Positions 9,108 to 18,789 of a stretch of 62,378 bases of DNA are shown here, piece after piece (position 1 is the first letter of the stretch; every line of letters begins with the position of its first letter). The translations under genes were made by a program, and so were the position numbers. The DNA comes from a virus (Duplodnaviria; Caudoviricetes), in IMG/VR virus record IMGVR_UViG_3300033148_010415, positions 1 through 62,378 of that record; one strand, 5' to 3'. Below the pieces are notes generated by a model. It made no database searches, had not been told where the DNA came from, and saw nothing but the letters and a program-made list of their open reading frames with translations.

Positions 9108-10523
9108 ATGGCTTTAAGTAACGCGGAAAGACAACGTAAATATAGAGAAAAACGCCGTAGCGCGGAAAGCCAGAAATTAGTCGTTCTGGCCTCAGAACTC
9201 GTAAGCAGGGCTACCCTTGCTCAAAAACTGGGCCAGAGCTATGGGACCGCCAGGGATATTTACACTGCGCTAGGATATCCTAAAATCCTAACCTTCGATC
9301 ATTACTATTCTCGATATAAACGGCAAGATATTGCAAAACGAATAGTAAACATGCCAGCTATAGCAACATGGCGCGGGAAACCGGTCATCACGGAAAACGT
9401 GGACAAAGAGACGGAATTTGAAAACGCATGGGCGAAGCTGGTCAAATCATTGAATGTCTATCATTACCTGACGCGGGTAGATAAGATCGCCGGTATCGGG
9501 CAATACGCGGTTTTGCTGATGGGTTTTGATGACGGGCATCCGTTGAATCAGCCCGTAGAAAAAGCAACGAAAGTGCTTTACTTACGCCCGTACAATGAAA
9601 ACCATGCGCAGATAAATACCTGGATACTGGATACAAAAAATGAACGATACGGATTACCGGAGACATACAGAATAACAATATCCGCGGGAAACAAATCTAA
9701 CAGTGTAAGCCAGGTAGTTCATCATTCACGTGTCTTACATGTGGCGGAAGGTCTTGATGAGGATGATATTTACGGTACACCCCGCTTGCAAGCAGTCTAT
9801 AACAGATTGCAAGACCTGGAATTAATAGTTGGGGGTTCAGCAGAAATGTTCTGGCGCGGGGCTTTCCCAGGATATGGATTCAAGGCCTCTGCGGATGCTA
9901 ATATTGATCCGCAGGCTATGAGCGCGCTTGCGGATGAAATTGACGAATACATGCACGGACTCAAAAGATACCTGAGACTCCAGGGGATTGACATAGAAAA
10001 CCTAGCTATGCAGGTGGCTGATCCATCGAATCACGTTGAAGTTCAATTAAAGCTTATATCGGGAGCCACAGGTATTCCAGTGCGTATTTTGACTGGCTCT
10101 GAGAGAGGTGAATTGGCCTCATCGCAAGATGAGACCAACTGGAACGCAAGGATAGACGAAAGACGGAAGGATTTTGCAGAACCAAGGATTCTGAGGCCAT
10201 TCATCGACCGGTTGATCGAGATCGGTATTCTTCCAGAGCCAAAGGAAGGCTATACCGTAGAATGGCCCGATATATTCGCCTTGAATGAGGAGACAAAGGC
10301 TAAAATCGGGGAGATCAAAACCCGATCACTGGCAGCTTATGTTAATGCTCCTGGTGCCGATATGATGGTACCGATAGAAATCTTCCTCGAAGAAGTCTTG
10401 GGGTTTGAGCGGGAAAAGATAGATAAGATCAGAGAAGTTGCTGAAAAAGAACTCCGCGAAGAGGCCGAAGAGGAAGAAACGGAAAACGAGAGCCGCAATT
10501 ACAATAATGGCAACCGCACTTAA
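9108..10523 (+). CDS. Portal protein (DUF1073-type)
   Basis: After terL; VHHSRVLHV, GIPVRILTGSERGELAS..D..NW motifs. Confidence 0.85.
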   Translation: MALSNAERQRKYREKRRSAESQKLVVLASELVSRATLAQKLGQSYGTARDIYTALGYPKILTFDHYYSRYKRQDIAKRIVNMPAIATWRGKPVITENVDKETEFENAWAKLVKSLNVYHYLTRVDKIAGIGQYAVLLMGFDDGHPLNQPVEKATKVLYLRPYNENHAQINTWILDTKNERYGLPETYRITISAGNKSNSVSQVVHHSRVLHVAEGLDEDDIYGTPRLQAVYNRLQDLELIVGGSAEMFWRGAFPGYGFKASADANIDPQAMSALADEIDEYMHGLKRYLRLQGIDIENLAMQVADPSNHVEVQLKLISGATGIPVRILTGSERGELASSQDETNWNARIDERRKDFAEPRILRPFIDRLIEIGILPEPKEGYTVEWPDIFALNEETKAKIGEIKTRSLAAYVNAPGADMMVPIEIFLEEVLGFEREKIDKIREVAEKELREEAEEEETENESRNYNNGNRT

Positions 10524-13011
10524 AATACCTTTGACTTTCAATGAGATTTCAAACGCGGACCCGACCTATACACGTATGATCCGTAGAGCATTCGTGGCAG
10601 AAGTTAACAAGCGCTTTAGGCGACTTAAGGGTGCCATTCGCAAGGCTATCGTGGATCAAGATTGCTTCGGGCTGCAATCGCCATCCTTGATCGCGATGGA
10701 CGTTGCGCTTTCCCTGCCACGGGAGAGACAGTTCGCATTTACACGGTCAGCTGATAAAGTCCAGGCATTCATGGACTGGCTGGACGAAGCAGAAAAAGCT
10801 GAAATTCTAGAAGTTGTGATCCGCCCAGGAATACGGCCTGGTGTGGAAGGTGCTTGGACGGATAGGTTCATACGTTCGGCTTACCAGAGAGGTATCGCTA
10901 GGGCCCGGACTGAACTTAGAAATGCTGGGAGGACAGATATTCCATCGTTTGAGCAAATTCCGGGCGGGATAAGCGCAGTTTTCAACCAGCCGTTCCATGC
11001 TGATAGAGTGGGGCTTCTGTATACCCGTTGTTTCAGCGAACTCAAGGGCATTGATCAGGCAATGGATCAGGCCATATCACGTTCTTTGGCTGAAAGCATT
11101 GCGGAGGGCAGGAACCCCAGACAGATAGCCCGGATATTGAATAAGCGTGTTGATGCAATCGGGATCACCCGGGCCAGAACAATGGCCCGTACTGAGGTGA
11201 TAAGAGCGCATCATGTAGCAAGCATTCAAGAATATAGACATGCAGGGGTTGAGGATGTCACGGTAATCGTTGAATGGCTCACCGCCGGATACAACGTCTG
11301 CCCGGTATGCCAGGAACTCGAGGGACGTACGTTCACCTTGGACGAGATTGAGCCGATGATTCCCAGGCACCCGAACTGTCGGTGCGCAAGCATACCTGCG
11401 GGTGTGGGGGAATGGCCTCATGAATTCCTCAGGCCGGAGAAGGAGACAGCTAGGGAACGGGCTGCAAAAAAGGCGGCAGAAACAAGGAAAAGAAAAGCTA
11501 AGCTTAAAGCCGTTCCTCCAAAAGCGAAGGAACCAGATATAGGTCTTGCCGATGATATTGTAAACCGCCTCGAATACCAGCCAGGAACGCAATTAGGAAG
11601 CAATCCTGGCGGGATGTATAAAGACCCGCAAACCGGCAAGCAATATTATATCAAGTTCTACGCTGATCCCGATCAGGCCCGGACGGAATGGGCTGTCAAC
11701 CGGATATATAATGAGTGGGGGATAGAAACCCCGAAGTCCTATCTAAACGAAATGCCAAGGTTGGGAGGAGAGACCAAAGCGCTGGCACACGTTACTGAAT
11801 GGGAAAAGAATTTGACACGGGTAGACTGGACACCAAGAAACATCAAAAAATATTCAAAAGAACTGGCAAAGATTCATCAAGCATCAGCGATGGTGGCTAA
11901 CTGGGACGTGGTAGGACTTGAGTTCGACAACCTAGTACTAAACAAAAAGACCAAGAAACTATTCGTGATAGATTCCGGCGGTTCCCTTAGATTCCGGGCA
12001 CAGGGAGCGTCAAAACCGTTTACCGGAACACCGGAGGAAATCAAGAGCCTGCTTAATACTCGATATCCAGCCGGAAAGGTTTTTTCCAAGGTCTATGAGA
12101 TGGATGTTTTCCTGGAAGAAGATGGTGCAAGGGGAATATGGCAGGCCTGGAATAAAAGGACCTTTGATAACATCCTTATCCAAAGCGGAATTAAGAATGC
12201 AAAAGAATTATCCGAAGCACTCGCCCAGCGTATAGAATATATGATTGACCGTTATAACCTGGATGGTAGACATAATGTCTTTGGTCCCGAACAGGGTAAA
12301 TGGATAGCTAAGTTTAGGAAGTTGAAAGGTGGAGAGCGATGGCCTGATATAAAGATAGGTGAATATGGCTCAGTATATACGGTTGAAGGGCGAAATGAAA
12401 TGAGGTTACTTGCGAAAAGTTTACTTGAAAAAGAGTTAAAACGCGAATTAAGTACCGATAAAATGCAAAGATTACAGTATCTTTTTAACAGTGAATGGTC
12501 AAGTTCGAGCCAGAGCAGAGGCGGTATGGTGCTGAAATACTGGGCGAAACATATCAAAGGGATCGGCGGTAGTATTTACCCTCATCAGGAAATAACCTCA
12601 TTAAAGGAAATGTATGAAGCATATGCAGCCCTTTACGGGGGTCTTGATAATTTTCATAAAGCTTTACAGATTGAATACGAATTTAACCAATACATCTTGA
12701 GACGGCTGCATGGCTATGATAAATTCAAATTATGGCGCGGATGCGGTTTAAATGAAATGAGGATAGCGGCTCCTGGATTGCGTAATGGAGAGGTTGGTAA
12801 TTATATGAACGGTAATCCCGTAATCTCTTCTTCAGCTAGAAGGAGTAAGGGTTTTATTTTCGGGAGCACTACAATTGAAATAGACGCGAGGATAGAAGAT
12901 GTGTTAAAAGTCTATTATCAGGGTAGCAAGTGGATGCACTATGGCCCAAGTGAAGCAGAATATATTCTTATAGGAAACAGGTGGGGAAGACAGGTAAGAA
13001 GAATACGATGA
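10507..13011 (+). CDS. MuF/SPP1-gp7 head morphogenesis protein with C-terminal kinase-like and ADP-ribosyltransferase-like domains
   Basis: ARTE, CPVC, PRHPNCRC (MuF); GSNPGG/YYIK/NWDVVG..DN/IDSG (kinase-like); LWRG/SSS/EAEY (R-S-E ART). Confidence 0.85.
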   Translation: MATALKIPLTFNEISNADPTYTRMIRRAFVAEVNKRFRRLKGAIRKAIVDQDCFGLQSPSLIAMDVALSLPRERQFAFTRSADKVQAFMDWLDEAEKAEILEVVIRPGIRPGVEGAWTDRFIRSAYQRGIARARTELRNAGRTDIPSFEQIPGGISAVFNQPFHADRVGLLYTRCFSELKGIDQAMDQAISRSLAESIAEGRNPRQIARILNKRVDAIGITRARTMARTEVIRAHHVASIQEYRHAGVEDVTVIVEWLTAGYNVCPVCQELEGRTFTLDEIEPMIPRHPNCRCASIPAGVGEWPHEFLRPEKETARERAAKKAAETRKRKAKLKAVPPKAKEPDIGLADDIVNRLEYQPGTQLGSNPGGMYKDPQTGKQYYIKFYADPDQARTEWAVNRIYNEWGIETPKSYLNEMPRLGGETKALAHVTEWEKNLTRVDWTPRNIKKYSKELAKIHQASAMVANWDVVGLEFDNLVLNKKTKKLFVIDSGGSLRFRAQGASKPFTGTPEEIKSLLNTRYPAGKVFSKVYEMDVFLEEDGARGIWQAWNKRTFDNILIQSGIKNAKELSEALAQRIEYMIDRYNLDGRHNVFGPEQGKWIAKFRKLKGGERWPDIKIGEYGSVYTVEGRNEMRLLAKSLLEKELKRELSTDKMQRLQYLFNSEWSSSSQSRGGMVLKYWAKHIKGIGGSIYPHQEITSLKEMYEAYAALYGGLDNFHKALQIEYEFNQYILRRLHGYDKFKLWRGCGLNEMRIAAPGLRNGEVGNYMNGNPVISSSARRSKGFIFGSTTIEIDARIEDVLKVYYQGSKWMHYGPSEAEYILIGNRWGRQVRRIR

Positions 13012-13298
13012 CGATACCAACAGATAAACAGTTAGAAAAATATAGAACACGGTTTGAATCCATCCGTATAGACTGGGATGAAGTCAAAGGTACATGGGCT
13101 AAACGCTTCCTGATATGGAAGCATTTTAAAGACTTTGGTCCTGGAACCGCTGTCATGATGTCGGGAATGAATAAAGAACAACAAAATGAAATGCGCAGCA
13201 TCCTACCAGAATTATTCGATCTAGTAATAGATGCTTTTTCCGGGGTAACTAGAGAGGATTTAGATAATTTTTACGATAACATGCCCTGGGAGGATTAA
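13008..13298 (+). CDS. Candidate immunity protein for the MuF toxin
   Basis: Small acidic ORF with ATGA overlap on the MuF stop, followed by a terminator. Confidence 0.55.
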   Translation: MTIPTDKQLEKYRTRFESIRIDWDEVKGTWAKRFLIWKHFKDFGPGTAVMMSGMNKEQQNEMRSILPELFDLVIDAFSGVTREDLDNFYDNMPWED

Positions 13299-13341
13299 TG
13301 CTGTATTTATCATAACAATTAAAAATTAATTTACAATCAAC

Positions 13342-13397
13342 AAAAGCCGGGTTTTCCAGGGGGTTCTACCCGGCTCCCCCTGGTACCCGGCTTTTTT
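13342..13397 (+). terminator. Intrinsic terminator (possibly bidirectional)
   Basis: AAAAGCCGGG..CCAGGGGG / CCCCCTGG..CCCGGC-TTTTTT. Confidence 0.75.
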
Positions 13398-13550
13398 GTT
13401 GAGATACAGGAATCAAAAAATGCGCTTGATAAGGGCATTACAGGCGATCTTGAAAACAATATGGAAATTTATAAGCTGTGTTCATCTCTGCTACTCGTAT
13501 GATCTTGAACGCAAAAGTAATGATACCAAGAAATGATAGGAGGGGTGTTA

Positions 13551-15596
13551 ATGCCCTGGAAAAAAAAGGACGTTGACCGTTTCAAGAAAGGTCTTACCGA
13601 TAGGCAAAAGGAGCAATGGGTCGAAATAGCGAATGATGTGCTCAGGCGATGTAAGGCCGATGGCGGTAACGAGAAAGAATGCGAAGCCAAGGCCATAAGA
13701 CAAGCAAACGGCGTTGTGGGAAATATGAAAGCAAACTCGTTTAAAACATGTGCCAGTTCTATTCTTAGACATGAATGGTGGGAAGGAAAATATTACGCCG
13801 TAGCCCCTGTAGTGGCGCTAGTAGAGGGCGTGCATAACGGATTTCTCTACCCCCTAGATGAAATATCCAAATTTGTACCGGCGTGGAACGGCGTTCCGGT
13901 TCCTGTATTCCATCCGGAGGACGATTTCGGGCCTATCAGTTGCAACGATCCCCAGATCATTCAGAAGCAATCCATAGGACGATTTTTTAACGCTTACATG
14001 GAGGACGGAAAACTCAAGGGCGAAATATGGATCGATGTTGAAAAAGCCCAGAGGATAGCACCTGAAGTTATGGAATATCTCCAATCGGGAAAACGATTAG
14101 AAGTATCTACCGCTCTATGGAGCGATCATGAAGCGATTACCGGGGACTGGAACGGTGAGCCATACGAGGCGATATTTAGAAATATCCGGCCCGATCATTT
14201 AGCTTTACTTCCGGGCGGACAGGGGGCTTGTAGTTGGGAGGATGGATGCGGCGTAAGAATAAACCAGGGAGGAAACAATGACATGGAAAGTAACGTGAAA
14301 GGCAGAGCTAGAACTCCCGAATACAAGGGAATCGAAAATATATCCTGGGCTAACGTTACTAAGACGTTCGCTGCCTATCGGGATGGATATTATAAACACG
14401 GCGGAGAAAAACCTTCTGACAAAGATGATATTCCTAGTCGAATCCAGGATGCACCGGCAGCCATGAAGCGCTGGATCGCGTCAAAAACGCTTTTAGGCGA
14501 TGCTGGAGCGGATAACGAGCGCGATCTTATCTTTTTTCCTGTGGTGAACCCCTCGACAAACAAGCTGAATGAGGGCGCATTGCGGGCTGTGCTTGGTGGC
14601 AGAGCGGCTCAGGCGGACATCCCGGAAGCTGCGAAGGAATCGGCCCGCGCCAAGGCTCGAAGCCTTTTGAATAAGGAATTTGATGCAGGGCTGGAAACAA
14701 GCGAAAAAAGCGGTATCAGGCATTGGTTCAAGGGGCTTGCGGAAGCGCTTGGCTTCAATATTCAAGAGCCAAGCCATGAGGATATCAGGGTAAAGCTCCA
14801 ACAGGCTATCGACGGGCTGGATCAGGCTCCGGTGACTATGCCTGCACTGGTGCATTATGTGAAAGAAGTCTACGACGACTATTTCATTTATGCGCAGGAT
14901 GGTCCCGATGGACAGAAACTTTTCAAGCGTGGTTATTCTATCGATGATAACGGGCAGATTAAACTAAAAGACAAGATTGATGAGGTCAGGCAGGAAACCC
15001 GCTATGTTCCTGTTGGAAACGAACAAAAAAATATGGAGGTAAATAAAATGAATAAAGTCAAAGAACTTGTAGATGCTCTCATTACCAATGATAATACACG
15101 GTTTGTAGAGTGCGACCGTGGATGGCTTGAGTCGTTGGGTGAGGAGCAATTGACAAAACTGCAACCGGTAGAGCCGAAGGCGAACGAGAAAAAACCTAAG
15201 GATGAAGACAATGAGAAGCCCAAAACTAACGAAGACACCCATGATGACAAGCCGGATACCCATGAAAAATCCGAGCACGGTGTTCCGACGTTTGAGCAGT
15301 TCATCGCCAATGCCCCTGCCGATTATCGCGAGATGATTGAAAGCGGGGTAAGGATGCATAAGGAACGAAAAGCTGAGCTGGTAAAGAGGTTGTTAGCCAA
15401 CAAGCGCAACCGGTTCACTGAGGAACAGCTTTCATCGAAAAGTATTGAAGAATTGGATAACCTTGCTGTGCTTGCACAGGTGGAGGTTGATTACAGCGGT
15501 AATGCCGGGGCTCCGAGTGAACAGTTCAAGCCAAATGAACGAAAACCGGATGGTACCGGTGTTCCCGATCCCCCGGTTCCCCAGTGGAATAAATAA
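13551..15596 (+). CDS. Prohead protease (DUF2213-like)/scaffold fusion with ChaB-like N-terminus
   Basis: WNGVPVPVFHP, LEVSTA, PDHLALLP..GACSWEDGCG; charged C-terminal region; upstream of capsid genes. Confidence 0.75.
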   Translation: MPWKKKDVDRFKKGLTDRQKEQWVEIANDVLRRCKADGGNEKECEAKAIRQANGVVGNMKANSFKTCASSILRHEWWEGKYYAVAPVVALVEGVHNGFLYPLDEISKFVPAWNGVPVPVFHPEDDFGPISCNDPQIIQKQSIGRFFNAYMEDGKLKGEIWIDVEKAQRIAPEVMEYLQSGKRLEVSTALWSDHEAITGDWNGEPYEAIFRNIRPDHLALLPGGQGACSWEDGCGVRINQGGNNDMESNVKGRARTPEYKGIENISWANVTKTFAAYRDGYYKHGGEKPSDKDDIPSRIQDAPAAMKRWIASKTLLGDAGADNERDLIFFPVVNPSTNKLNEGALRAVLGGRAAQADIPEAAKESARAKARSLLNKEFDAGLETSEKSGIRHWFKGLAEALGFNIQEPSHEDIRVKLQQAIDGLDQAPVTMPALVHYVKEVYDDYFIYAQDGPDGQKLFKRGYSIDDNGQIKLKDKIDEVRQETRYVPVGNEQKNMEVNKMNKVKELVDALITNDNTRFVECDRGWLESLGEEQLTKLQPVEPKANEKKPKDEDNEKPKTNEDTHDDKPDTHEKSEHGVPTFEQFIANAPADYREMIESGVRMHKERKAELVKRLLANKRNRFTEEQLSSKSIEELDNLAVLAQVEVDYSGNAGAPSEQFKPNERKPDGTGVPDPPVPQWNK

Positions 15597-15635
15597 TACA
15601 CGAAGGACTAAACCTTAATAACGGAGGTAACAATA

Positions 15636-16112
15636 ATGGCTCACAAAACTATAGTTCTAAAGGGCGATCCCCTGCAAAAAGAAAAGGTAGCGGCGGGAAC
15701 CATTACGCCGGGGGATCTGATCGAGCGAACAAGTGCCGGTAAGGTGCAGCGGCATTCCACGAAAGGTGGTGATGCTTTCCCGATCATGTTTGCTATCGAG
15801 GATTCTCTACAGGGTAACGAGATTGGAGATAATTATAGTACTGGTGATCAGGTGCAGTTCGTCTGCCCGCGTCCCGGCGATGAAATCTATGCTTATCTGG
15901 CTCAGGGTGAAAATGTCAGCATCGGTGACCCGCTGGAAAGCGATGGTGATGGTAAACTACGGAAACACACTACAAAGACGGTGGCTGCCAGTAGCGCTCA
16001 GGAACTTTCCGAAACCATTTACTCCCAACCAGTCGTGGGTATAGCGCTGGAAGCACTCGATTTGTCTACTTCCGCAGATAGCGATACAAGGATAAAAATC
16101 GAGATCGTATAA
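15636..16112 (+). CDS. Head decoration/cement protein
   Basis: AAGTITPGDLI...GDPLESDGDGKL; position before the major capsid gene. Confidence 0.7.
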   Translation: MAHKTIVLKGDPLQKEKVAAGTITPGDLIERTSAGKVQRHSTKGGDAFPIMFAIEDSLQGNEIGDNYSTGDQVQFVCPRPGDEIYAYLAQGENVSIGDPLESDGDGKLRKHTTKTVAASSAQELSETIYSQPVVGIALEALDLSTSADSDTRIKIEIV

Positions 16113-16141
16113 GGAGTATATAACTTAACTAATAATGGGGT

Positions 16142-16231
16142 CCGGCCAGGATAAGGCCAAATCCGGTGCCGGTATAAAAACAAGAGAGGGCAGTCTAGGT
16201 GCCTAGACCACTTAGACTGCCCTTTTTCTTT
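16142..16231 (+). promoter_or_regulatory. Two-hairpin leader/terminator upstream of major capsid gene (element B)
   Basis: GGAT-AAGGCCAA-ATCC hairpin, A-rich linker, GGGCAGTCTAGGT..ACTTAGACTGCCC-TTTTT; homologous to 23523-23609. Confidence 0.65.
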
Positions 16232-16252
16232 GCCCCGATAGGAGGATAACAA

Positions 16253-17227
16253 ATGAACGATTTCTTTGCCAAAGGAAAAGCGGTAGGAAGCGTAGCGAAA
16301 AAGCTTCTTGCATGCGGGTTCAATGTCAATGCCTTAAGAACAAACGATACGTTACTCTATGACGAGTGGAAAGAGATTGATAAGGCTGTATTGAAGTCTT
16401 ATCAACAGCGGCTCGTGGGAGTCGCCGACCTCGAGTCCCGGGGTCTTGTCTACAACATCGGCAACGGTATGGCCAAGACCGTACTTGCCTATCAGGATGC
16501 ATCCGATACCGAGGTTGCCCAGATGAGCATGGACGGGAAAACCAGGGGACAGCGCGACCGGCCAGAGTTCGATATCAATTATTTACCCCTGCCGATCATC
16601 CATAAGGATTTTTCGTTCAGCGCACGTGAAATCCAGGCCTCGCGAAACGGCAACATGCCCCTGGATACGACCATGGCGGAGCTCGCTGCTCGTAAGGTGG
16701 CTGAGAAGATCGAAGAGCTTCTATTCGTTGGTTCCGGCAGTTACACCTTCGGAGGCGGGACAATACATGGATATACTACGCACAGTAGCCGAAATACAGG
16801 AAGCCTGAACGGCAACTGGGATGATTCTGCTACTAGTGCTGATAATATCCTGGATGATGTGCTCTCCATGAAGCAGGCCCTGATCAATGATCGTTGCTAT
16901 GGACCGTATATGCTGTATATCCCGACCAATTTTGAAACGGCCATTGAAGAGAATTACAGCGACTCATATCCGGGTTCGATCCGACAACGGCTCATGCAGA
17001 TCGATAATCTCCTGGGTATTAAGGTGGCTGATAAGCTCACCGCAGACAACGTTGTTATGGTGCAGATGACAAGCGATGTAGTGCGCATGGTCAACGGCCT
17101 TGAAATCCAGACCCTGGAGTGGGAAGAGGAAGGCGGCTTGGACCTCAAATTCAAAGTCATGGCCATCAAGGTCCCGCAGATCCGGGCGGATCAGGACGGG
17201 CGTTGCGGCGTAGCTCACTGGTCATGA
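16253..17227 (+). CDS. Major capsid protein (HK97 fold, encapsulin/linocin-like family)
   Basis: 324 aa; LPLPIIHKDF, PLDTTMAELAARKVAEKIE, GPYMLYI, FKVMAIKVPQIRAD; strong SD. Confidence 0.85.
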   Translation: MNDFFAKGKAVGSVAKKLLACGFNVNALRTNDTLLYDEWKEIDKAVLKSYQQRLVGVADLESRGLVYNIGNGMAKTVLAYQDASDTEVAQMSMDGKTRGQRDRPEFDINYLPLPIIHKDFSFSAREIQASRNGNMPLDTTMAELAARKVAEKIEELLFVGSGSYTFGGGTIHGYTTHSSRNTGSLNGNWDDSATSADNILDDVLSMKQALINDRCYGPYMLYIPTNFETAIEENYSDSYPGSIRQRLMQIDNLLGIKVADKLTADNVVMVQMTSDVVRMVNGLEIQTLEWEEEGGLDLKFKVMAIKVPQIRADQDGRCGVAHWS

Positions 17228-17292
17228 TGGTACTGATAGAATGCCGGTAACCAGTCCGGCTTTATCGATATTTTTCAAAATGGAGGCTACCC

Positions 17293-17649
17293 ATGTCCAA
17301 ATTTAAAGTTAAATCCGGGAAGCATTACCGGAAAGAAAAAGATGGTGTGAAGGTTTATTGCACCGGCGATGTTATCGAGGCGGAAGAGCATGAACTCCGC
17401 AACTGCATGGATAAATTCGAACGGCTTGATCCGAAAAAGCCCGAGGAGGCTATGAAGCCGAAAGTGGGCCTTAAAGCTGTGCATCGCGGTGGGGGGAAAT
17501 ACAACGTCATTAATGAGCGCTCAGGCAAGCCCATAAATGACCAACTGCTTTCGAGGGAAGAGGCCGAGCAACTCGCAAACAGGGGCTTTGATGAGAATAT
17601 AGTTGAAGAACCTGAGGCGGCCGGAGACGTGACAGTCATTGAGGAATGA
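17293..17649 (+). CDS. Hypothetical virion-associated protein
   Basis: Strong SD, follows the capsid gene; HRGGGKYNV motif. Confidence 0.65.
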   Translation: MSKFKVKSGKHYRKEKDGVKVYCTGDVIEAEEHELRNCMDKFERLDPKKPEEAMKPKVGLKAVHRGGGKYNVINERSGKPINDQLLSREEAEQLANRGFDENIVEEPEAAGDVTVIEE

Positions 17650-18323
17650 ATTGGAGCGCACCCAAAATATGGCCGGATGCGACCGCATATATCATCGGCG
17701 GCGGGCCCAGTGTCAACAGCACGAACCTTGAGCTCATCAAGGGAAAGCACGTCATAGGCGTGAATAACGCCTATCTGCTCGGTGATTGGGTTGATGTTTG
17801 CTGGTTCGGGGACTGCCGGTGGTTCGATTGGCATAAAAAGAATCTCAAAAGATTTGCCGGCCTGAAGGTTACGTGCTGCGAACGATGCATCCGGGAACCC
17901 GGCATTAATGTGCTTAAACGCAGCACGAAGCGGTGGGGCATCGAAAAAAATCCCAATGCCGTGTCATGGAACTTGAGTTCCGGCGGGAGCGCTATCAACC
18001 TGGCGGTACATTTCGGAGCAAAAAGGATCGTGCTTATAGGGTTCGACATGAAACGGGTGCGGGTCGAGGTCGCACCGGGGAAATTTGCAGATAAGGCTAA
18101 CTGGCATGATGACCATCCTGCACCGGATAAAAATCCTTACGAGCGGTTCCTGAGGCCGTTCAAGATCATCAGGAAGGACCTCGAGGAGCTCGGGATCGAA
18201 TGTATAAATGCGACACCCGGAAGTGCGCTGACGCTTTTCCCTGTGATGGCTTTGGAGGAGACGTTTAAAGATGGCGCGAACGAAACGCTGGCAATGGCTG
18301 GCCAAAATCGTCAGGAAACATAA
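17646..18323 (+). CDS. Maf/DUF115 (MptE-like) glycosyltransferase-type protein
   Basis: IIGGGPS, IGVNNAY, SSGGSAINLA..GAKRIVLIGFDM, INATPGSAL. Confidence 0.7.
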   Translation: MNWSAPKIWPDATAYIIGGGPSVNSTNLELIKGKHVIGVNNAYLLGDWVDVCWFGDCRWFDWHKKNLKRFAGLKVTCCERCIREPGINVLKRSTKRWGIEKNPNAVSWNLSSGGSAINLAVHFGAKRIVLIGFDMKRVRVEVAPGKFADKANWHDDHPAPDKNPYERFLRPFKIIRKDLEELGIECINATPGSALTLFPVMALEETFKDGANETLAMAGQNRQET

Positions 18324-18789
18324 TCTGATGTTTGGCGCTGAGCTAGGCGTCAAAAGTGGGAGAACCTGTATATATCTCCTTGAGCAATTCCCGCGCTTAA
18401 GAATGATCGCGGTGGATTGCTGGCAGCCTCAACCCGATAATCCCGGACCTCAGAACTACACCGATGGATGGGATCACATCGCTAATGAACAGCAGTTCAG
18501 GCGCCAGGCCGCGCGCTTCAAAGACAGGTTAATCATATTCAAGGGCTTTACGCATCAAATAGCCGGGAAGATACAAGACAGCTCTCTGGATTTCGTGTTC
18601 ATCGATGCAGACCACGGGTATGAGGCATGTAAGCGGGATATTCTGATGTGGCGGTCGAAAATCAAACCCGGCGGTTTTCTTACAGGCCATGATACCCATT
18701 TTGAGGGCGTTCACCGGGCTTTAATGGAACTTTATCCTAGCTATAAAGATACGGGAGTCGATCACGTATGGTACGTAAGACTACCATAA
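18271..18789 (+). CDS. SAM-dependent methyltransferase (Methyltransf_24-like)
   Basis: AELGVKSG, DFVFIDADHGYE, KPGGFLTGHD. Confidence 0.85.
   Translation: MARTKRWQWLAKIVRKHNLMFGAELGVKSGRTCIYLLEQFPRLRMIAVDCWQPQPDNPGPQNYTDGWDHIANEQQFRRQAARFKDRLIIFKGFTHQIAGKIQDSSLDFVFIDADHGYEACKRDILMWRSKIKPGGFLTGHDTHFEGVHRALMELYPSYKDTGVDHVWYVRLP

Noticed and set aside
10117-10134. ASSQDE in the portal as another SSQS-type tag
   Set aside because: It falls in a motif that appears to be a conserved part of this portal family, so it was not counted.
16253-17227. Encapsulin or linocin bacteriocin
   Set aside because: Position among protease, decoration and neck genes identifies it as the phage major capsid protein.
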